The notes under the pieces are model-generated. The model worked only from the letters and a program-made list of their open reading frames with translations, searched no databases and had not been told where the DNA came from. Below, one piece after another: positions 26,044 to 32,000 of a stretch of DNA of 32,000 bases (positions within the stretch are counted from its first letter, which is position 1; every line of letters starts with the position of its first letter). The DNA is taken from NCBI RefSeq assembly GCF_008000775.2, contig NZ_CP042905.2, positions 3,540,001-3,572,000 on the forward strand, given 5' to 3'. Position numbers and translations under genes: made by a program. Origin of the DNA: Promethearchaeum syntrophicum. Its GTDB lineage: Archaea > Asgardarchaeota > Lokiarchaeia > Sigyniarchaeales > Promethearchaeaceae.

Positions 26044-28722
26044 TTAGACATTTTTTTTATCTAAGATAGCAGCATGTGCAGCAGCCACTCTAGCAACAGG
26101 AACTCTAAATGGTGAGCAACTAACATAATCTAATCCCACATCATGTAAAAATTGAATTGAATGTGGATCACCACCGACCTCTCCACAAATACCTACATGA
26201 ATACCCGGTCTGGCTTTACGTCCATCAACTACAGTTATTTCAATTAACTTTCCTACTCCCTCAATATCAATGTGTTCAAAAGGATTGTCTTTCATGATAG
26301 GTGGATAAATTTCATCAATGTATTTTGTCAAAAACTTAGCTTCAACATCATCTCTTGAAAATCCAAAAGTCATCTGAGTAAGATCATTAGTGCCGAAGGA
26401 GAAGAATTCTGCTTCTTTTGCAATTTCACCAGCTGTTAATGCAGCTCTTGGAATTTCTATCATAGTTCCCCATTGGATAGGATTTTTTGGAACTAAATCT
26501 GCATTTTCTAACATCTCTTCAGCCATCGGTTTTAAGAGTTCTTTTAAACGAATAAATTCATTTACATGAGAAACTAAAGGCAACATAATTTCTAAATGAA
26601 CATCGACTCCCGCTTTCTGAGATTCAATTAATGCTTCAATTAAAGCTTTGACTTGCATTTTGTAAATCTCTGGATGTGTATTTCCCAATCGGACTCCCCG
26701 ATGTCCCAACATAGCATTTTCTTCTTTTAATTCTTCATATTTTTTAAGCATGAATTCTAGTTCTTTGAAACGTTTACCTTTATCACCCTTAACTCTTAAT
26801 TCGGTAAATTCAACTACCATGGATTTATAATCAGGTAAAAATTCGTGTAAAGGTGGGTCCAATAATCGAACGGTGACGGGTTTTCCATCCATAACCTTAA
26901 AAATATCAATGAAGTCTTGTCGTTGAAGAGGTAATAGTTTATCTAACGCTTTTTCACGTTTATCTAAGTTTTCGGCAACAATCATATCAACAACTTTCGG
27001 CAATCGATCTTTTGCATTGAACATTCGTTCAGTTCTGCATAAGCCTATTCCCTCAGCTCCGTTTTTAAGTGCGTCTAAGGCCATTTGGGGAGTATCTGCA
27101 TTTGTTCTCACACCGAGTTTTCGATATTTATCACACATTACTAAATATCTGCTAAACTCTCCAGTAATCTCAGGATCAACAACTTCAACTTCACCAATAT
27201 AAACATTTCCAGTTATTCCATCAATCGAAATGAGATCGCCTTCCTTGAATTTTACTTCACCGCCAACAGAAGCAGTCCTTTTTTCTTCATCAATTTCAAG
27301 TTCACCAGCACCTACAATAGCAGGTAATCCAATTCCACGCGCAACAACAGCAGCATGACATGTTTTCCCTCCACGAGATGTTAAAATCCCAATTGAAGCG
27401 ATCATTCCAGGAAAATCTTCAGGTTTTGTTTCTTTTCTCACAAGAATTATCCTCTGGTTTGCTCTTTTTTCTTCAATAGCTCGTCCACAATCAAAAATTG
27501 CTCTTCCAGTTACAGCACCAGGTGAAGCGTTGAAACCCCGAACAATCGGTAATTTCTTTTCATTTGGAGAGATTCTTTTATGTAATAATTCTTCAATTTT
27601 CTCGGGGGCTACTCGTAAAACTGCAGTTTCTTCATCAATGATTTTATCATCGAGCATGTCAATAGCAATCTTAACTGCTGCACCTGCGGTTCTTTTTCCG
27701 GTACGAGTTTGAAGGAAAAATAATTTACCATCTTCTACTGTGATTTCACAGTCTTGCATATCTTTGTAATGGTTTTCCAATAAATTGGCTAATTCAAAGA
27801 TTTGTTTAACAATATCAGGTTGCTCTTCTTTAAGCTCTTCCATGCTTATTGGAGTTCGAACTCCAGCAACTACATCTTCACCTTGAGCATTGATCAAGTA
27901 TTCACCCATTACTTTATGCTCTCCGTCCATTGGAGAACGTGTAAATAATACCCCTGTTCCAGATTTATCATTTAAGTTTCCAAAAACCATTCGCATTACA
28001 TTTACAGCTGTTCCATAATTCGGAATTTTGTTCATCTTTCGATAAGCTACTGCGCGTTCACTATTCCATGAATTAAAAACTGCATTAATAGAAGCGTATA
28101 ATTGTTCCCATGGATCTTCTGGAAAATCTTTATCGAGTAATTCATGAAATTTCTTTAGGTAAAGTTCCCCCAAATCTTTCATTTCATCTGCATTTAATTC
28201 AATATCTAATTTTTTACCTCGAGATTCTTTAAATTCATCCATTATTTCATCATAAGGTTCACGACCGGTTTCCTTAACAATATCAGAAAAGGACATGATA
28301 AACCTTCTCCAGGAATCCCAGGCAAATCGTGCGTTTTTTTCTGCCATTTTCTCTGCAATTGCTTTAGACATACCCAAATTAAGGACAGTATCCATCATTC
28401 CAGGCATTGAAATAGGAGCCCCACTTCGAATAGATAATAATAGAGGCTTTTCAATATCTCCAAAAATATAACCACTTTTCTTTTCCAATTTAGCGATACT
28501 TTCATTAATTTGATCTTTCAAGTGATCCGGCCATTTATTAGTTTCAGCATATGAAAGGGAATATTTACAAGGTATTGTGAAACCGTAAGGAATGGGCAGA
28601 CCTAAGAGAGTCATGTTAGCTAATCCAGCACCTTTTCCACCAAAATGGATTTTTAGATCTTCAGTCGAACTAAATTTGCTCGGATCGACTTCATCGAACA
28701 TATATACAATTTTTTCAGCCAT
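26044..28722 (-). CDS. ppdK: pyruvate, phosphate dikinase
   Basis: GGKGAGLANMTLLGLPIPYGFTI, SIRSGAPISMPGMMDTVLNLG, TSRGGKTCHAAVVARGIGLPAIVG, RLLDPPLHEFLP, GHRGVRLG, FSFGTNDLTQMTFGFSRDD, VGICGEVGGDPHSI. Confidence 0.96.
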   Translation of the reverse strand: MAEKIVYMFDEVDPSKFSSTEDLKIHFGGKGAGLANMTLLGLPIPYGFTIPCKYSLSYAETNKWPDHLKDQINESIAKLEKKSGYIFGDIEKPLLLSIRSGAPISMPGMMDTVLNLGMSKAIAEKMAEKNARFAWDSWRRFIMSFSDIVKETGREPYDEIMDEFKESRGKKLDIELNADEMKDLGELYLKKFHELLDKDFPEDPWEQLYASINAVFNSWNSERAVAYRKMNKIPNYGTAVNVMRMVFGNLNDKSGTGVLFTRSPMDGEHKVMGEYLINAQGEDVVAGVRTPISMEELKEEQPDIVKQIFELANLLENHYKDMQDCEITVEDGKLFFLQTRTGKRTAGAAVKIAIDMLDDKIIDEETAVLRVAPEKIEELLHKRISPNEKKLPIVRGFNASPGAVTGRAIFDCGRAIEEKRANQRIILVRKETKPEDFPGMIASIGILTSRGGKTCHAAVVARGIGLPAIVGAGELEIDEEKRTASVGGEVKFKEGDLISIDGITGNVYIGEVEVVDPEITGEFSRYLVMCDKYRKLGVRTNADTPQMALDALKNGAEGIGLCRTERMFNAKDRLPKVVDMIVAENLDKREKALDKLLPLQRQDFIDIFKVMDGKPVTVRLLDPPLHEFLPDYKSMVVEFTELRVKGDKGKRFKELEFMLKKYEELKEENAMLGHRGVRLGNTHPEIYKMQVKALIEALIESQKAGVDVHLEIMLPLVSHVNEFIRLKELLKPMAEEMLENADLVPKNPIQWGTMIEIPRAALTAGEIAKEAEFFSFGTNDLTQMTFGFSRDDVEAKFLTKYIDEIYPPIMKDNPFEHIDIEGVGKLIEITVVDGRKARPGIHVGICGEVGGDPHSIQFLHDVGLDYVSCSPFRVPVARVAAAHAAILDKKNV

Positions 28723-28913
28723 TTACATCAACTTTTTTCATAATTACTTTTTATATTTTACTTATGTCACTCAAAAATGAAAGAAAAGATTAAAGATTTT
28801 TCTCCAAACTGCTTTCATTCCATATATTTTTTTGGATTTTAGATTTAACCATGAATTTTGAATCATTGAATCTATTTTTTCGTTTTTTATAAACGTACAT
28901 GAATGAAATATCT

Positions 28914-29486
28914 ATGCTTCCAAGAAAAATTTGCAAAATTACAATAGCTGGTGATGGAGGATCGGGCAAATCAACAATGATTGCGACAAAAAATATTGAA
29001 AATTTCAATATAACCTCTGGAATTACCATTGGAATAGATTTCGCCTGCTTCCCAATGAAAATCGAAAATCAATCATTTACTTTTTTAGTTTTTGATTTAG
29101 GAGGGCAAAAAAGATTTCAATTTATGCATGATTCATATATAATCGGGTCAAAAGGAGCAATTATTCTTTATGATCTATCCAGACCTTCCACATTTAAGAG
29201 CATTCCAAAATGGATTTCATTAATGGAAAGCGAAGATCCTTCCATGCCGATTATCATAGCGGGATCCAAAAAAGATTTAATTCAACCTGAAGATATGAGG
29301 TATTTCCTAAACGAATGGGAGAACATGAAAAAGAAATTTCCTAGTTTTGAGAGAATTATTGACCATGTGTTTATATCTTCAAAAGATTATCATAGTGTTG
29401 AAGATCTGTTTACCCATTTAGGGCGCGCAATAATTCCAGATTCAGGAAGAATAGCCTTACCTACGATTTCGGTTAGTGAAAATTAA
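28914..29486 (+). CDS. Arf/Ras-like small GTPase (Asgard-type)
   Basis: G1 GDGGSGKST, G2 Thr in SGITIGIDF, G3 DLGGQ, G4-like GSKKD, G5-like ISSKD. Tracked start is 28899; a TATA-like TTTATAAA about 25 nt upstream fits a near-leaderless start at 28914. Confidence 0.88.
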   Translation: MLPRKICKITIAGDGGSGKSTMIATKNIENFNITSGITIGIDFACFPMKIENQSFTFLVFDLGGQKRFQFMHDSYIIGSKGAIILYDLSRPSTFKSIPKWISLMESEDPSMPIIIAGSKKDLIQPEDMRYFLNEWENMKKKFPSFERIIDHVFISSKDYHSVEDLFTHLGRAIIPDSGRIALPTISVSEN

Positions 29487-30289
29487 TGAATATAATCAAA
29501 GAGGTTTCTTTGTTTATTAAATTCTTTATAGGGTAATCCGATTTTTTTCTTAAATTCATTAACATCTTGGGGTGAGAATCCTCTGAAATGATTATTGAAA
29601 ATAACAAAAATATCTGTTATTTCAGGTGATTTGCGATAATTCTTTACTAAAAGAACTGTATCTTCAAAAACTTCTAATTCATTTCTTTGAATTTTGTTAA
29701 AAACGGTCAATTTTCTATCCCCAATCATGCGCAAATATTGTATTTTTTGGTTTTCTGGATAAAAAACCTCATGTCCAAATCGATGCGATAATACCATAAA
29801 AACATTTGATAAATCAGTATAGTTATTAATAATGTCTTGCTTATACCATGAAGTATTACGTAATTCAACCGCATAATTATAATCTTGTGGCAAGGATTCT
29901 AGTAAATTTCTAAGGTTTTTATTAGAGGACGGAGTATATTTAAAATTTGGAGGAAATTGAAGTAAAAATATCGAAATTTTATGCTTGATATTATTAAAAC
30001 GCGAAAAAAATGAAGATATCTTTTGATTTATGTTAAAAAAACGCTTCTTATGTGTAAATTCTTGCCAAATCTTAATAGAGAATCGAAAATTATCAGGGGT
30101 TTTTTTCTCCCATGAAATAATTGTGTTCTCTGATGGAATATTATAGAAAGTGGAATTTACTTCTGCAAAATCGAAAATTTTTGAATAATATGAAAGATAT
30201 TCAGAAGGTTGCATGGTTTTTGGATAAAAAACTCCTTTCCAATCTTTATATGACCAACCTGCACATCCAACAAAAACATTAGATTCCAT
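29483..30289 (-). CDS. DUF72 (YecE-like) family protein
   Basis: VFVGCAGWSYKDWKGVFYPKTMQPSEYLSYYSKIFDFAEVNSTFYNIPSENTIISWEKKTPDNFRFSIKIWQEFTH, YAVELRNTSWY. Confidence 0.93.
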   Translation of the reverse strand: MESNVFVGCAGWSYKDWKGVFYPKTMQPSEYLSYYSKIFDFAEVNSTFYNIPSENTIISWEKKTPDNFRFSIKIWQEFTHKKRFFNINQKISSFFSRFNNIKHKISIFLLQFPPNFKYTPSSNKNLRNLLESLPQDYNYAVELRNTSWYKQDIINNYTDLSNVFMVLSHRFGHEVFYPENQKIQYLRMIGDRKLTVFNKIQRNELEVFEDTVLLVKNYRKSPEITDIFVIFNNHFRGFSPQDVNEFKKKIGLPYKEFNKQRNLFDYIH

Positions 30290-32000
30290 TATAACCCCCT
30301 TTTAGGATAATAGTTTGAATAATAGCGCTTGTAAACGACTTTTGAGCCTTTTTTATTAGGTAATTCGTAATTATTTGAAAAACTTATTCGAGATATACTG
30401 GTTTTAATAATATTTTGACAAAACTCAAGAATTTTATCATAATCTCCATCGAAAGTATTTCCCTCAAGTGGAATATTTAGAGATAATTCCTTAAATTTAC
30501 TCTTTCCTAGATCAGAATAAATTTGAGATAGATGATGAAAATTTAAAAATTTTGAAGATGAATTGAAGCCAAATCGATATCCGGGATGAGTTGATGGTTG
30601 AAAATCAATACCTTGATCATCTAACATTTCAAGAAAGAGATCATTTTTTCTAAGAAGTTCGCTTTGAAGATGAGATTCACACAATACAAATTTAATATTT
30701 TCTGAAAGGACAGAATTCTGTTTTTGTATTAATGAAAAAATGTAATCTAGTACTTTAACTGCAAATTCACGATTTTTAGGTTGATCTTTTACAAATAATC
30801 CGGTTTGCAAAAAGATGAGTTCATCTAGTCCAAATAATGATATTCCACAAATTAGAGGATAAACTGAATGATAATTTTGAGTATCTTTCCAATTTTGGAA
30901 GATTAGATCATTATTAAATAACAATTCAGATAAATTTTGCCATCCTGGAAACTTTAGGAGAGTTTTAGATAATAATTTAAATTTATTATCGAAATAATCG
31001 AAAATTGAAAAAATTCCTTTTTCTAAGTTAGAAAAGAACAAAGTTTCATTGTTCGATGATTCATTGAATACGCTTAATAGATTAATTGAGATTTTTTCTA
31101 TGATAAGTGAAGGTTTTATTTCATTTAATAATTCAAAATGAAGAGGAATTCCTAAATTTGTAAATATATGTTCACCATTTTTAACACCCCACTTGGAAAA
31201 TTGATTAATATTTACTTGATGTTTTAATAATAGTGATAAGATGTTTTTATGTTGAGAATTAAGTTTGGAGTAATGAGGACAATTTAAAATTTCTTTTATT
31301 TTGTTTTTAGGAAAATTTACTTCTAAAACCGGTAATTGAGACCAATTTTTGATTGTATATGATAAACTCTTATTATAAATTTCCAGTAAAGGATTAATAT
31401 CATTAAAATTAGCTATCAATGAAATTCCAAGTTTTATCTTCCAATTTTTAGTTAATTTTACGAATACTTTTGAAAATAAATGCTTTAGGTCTAGTTCTGT
31501 ATAATAAATAAGAAATTTTTCTAGAAATTCATCAAATCTGATAATAGTTAACCCTTGAGGGAAAAAATGTGAGAATAATGACAAAGATTGTTCAAAATAA
31601 TAACTAAATTCAATATATGGAAGAGAAAATGGTTCTTCTTTGGTATTTTGTTCTTCTAATGAATTATTATAAAAATTATTCAAGATTTCTATGAAATTTC
31701 GACCAGAAATTACTAATTCAAGCGGAGAAATTCCAAAATTCTTAAGATCCGTTAATAAAAATTGACCCGTAAGTAAATTATCTGCGAATTTCTGATTGAT
31801 TTTGTTTAGAAGTGTATTTTGCTCCAAGATTGCATTTCCTAATTTCGTTTCAAAAATCGTTGGATTCTCATATTCTTGAGAATTTATCAATTGTTTAATA
31901 TCATAAGGAGGTAACCCTAAACGTGTTAATTTATGACGAGTATCTTCAAGATGGAATTCAATTAAAATCGCATTTACGAATTCACGAATCAAAGGTGCTG
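30289..32000 (-). CDS. divergent anaerobic ribonucleoside-triphosphate reductase (NrdD)-like protein, apparently lacking catalytic motifs; 5' end outside window
   Basis: Frame open beyond the tracked TTG at 31992. NrdD-like landmarks: IREFVNAILIEFHLEDTRHKLTRLGLPPYDIKQLI; LICGISLFGLDELIFLQTG; ESHLQSELLRKNDLF...HPGYRFGFNSSSKF; C-terminal GSKVVYKRYYSNYYPKRGL*. Homology judged by eye. Confidence 0.5.
   Translation of the reverse strand, partial: APLIREFVNAILIEFHLEDTRHKLTRLGLPPYDIKQLINSQEYENPTIFETKLGNAILEQNTLLNKINQKFADNLLTGQFLLTDLKNFGISPLELVISGRNFIEILNNFYNNSLEEQNTKEEPFSLPYIEFSYYFEQSLSLFSHFFPQGLTIIRFDEFLEKFLIYYTELDLKHLFSKVFVKLTKNWKIKLGISLIANFNDINPLLEIYNKSLSYTIKNWSQLPVLEVNFPKNKIKEILNCPHYSKLNSQHKNILSLLLKHQVNINQFSKWGVKNGEHIFTNLGIPLHFELLNEIKPSLIIEKISINLLSVFNESSNNETLFFSNLEKGIFSIFDYFDNKFKLLSKTLLKFPGWQNLSELLFNNDLIFQNWKDTQNYHSVYPLICGISLFGLDELIFLQTGLFVKDQPKNREFAVKVLDYIFSLIQKQNSVLSENIKFVLCESHLQSELLRKNDLFLEMLDDQGIDFQPSTHPGYRFGFNSSSKFLNFHHLSQIYSDLGKSKFKELSLNIPLEGNTFDGDYDKILEFCQNIIKTSISRISFSNNYELPNKKGSKVVYKRYYSNYYPKRGL

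Noticed and set aside
27340-27380. GGKTCHAAVVAR in PPDK instead of the more usual GGMTSHAAVVAR
   Set aside because: The catalytic His is kept and small variations next to it are known; not enough to claim altered function.
28790-29029. 79-aa ORF antisense to the GTPase start
   Set aside because: Overlaps the P-loop coding region of a well-supported gene and has no recognisable features.
1-32000. CRISPR array, transposon, provirus or anti-phage island
   Set aside because: No regularly spaced repeats, no Cas, integrase, transposase, capsid or terminase proteins. Content looks chromosomal.

Overview
AT-rich, gene-dense archaeal window, probably from an Asgard archaeon. That assignment is an inference from an Arf/Ras-like small GTPase, a longin/roadblock-like small protein, archaeal TATA-type promoters and a eukaryote-like TyrRS. 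I find about 23 credible protein-coding genes and no rRNA, tRNA, CRISPR array or transposase. Recognisable genes: partial acyl-CoA synthetase, M20 peptidase, MFS transporter, DUF5655, DUF5320, LarA-type racemase, LVIVD beta-propeller, DUF4956 / VTC-like polyphosphate polymerase domain / CotH kinase with two lamin-tail domains, two winged-helix regulators each paired with palindromic DNA, histidine phosphatase, PAP-like metallophosphoesterase, TyrRS, ABC transporter pair, pyruvate phosphate dikinase, small GTPase, DUF72, and a divergent class III ribonucleotide reductase (NrdD)-like protein that seems to lack its catalytic motifs. The strongest leads are: (1) the CotH-LTD / VTC / DUF4956 operon, divergent from a wHTH + membrane-protein pair with a 15-bp-arm near-perfect inverted repeat between them; (2) the apparent NrdD-like pseudoenzyme overlapping a DUF72 gene; (3) two copies of a 14-bp palindromic site flanking the TATA box of a His/Met/Arg-rich winged-helix gene; (4) a plant/protist-like TyrRS; (5) a small GTPase with an altered G4 motif. 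All family calls are from motif recognition by eye, with no database search.
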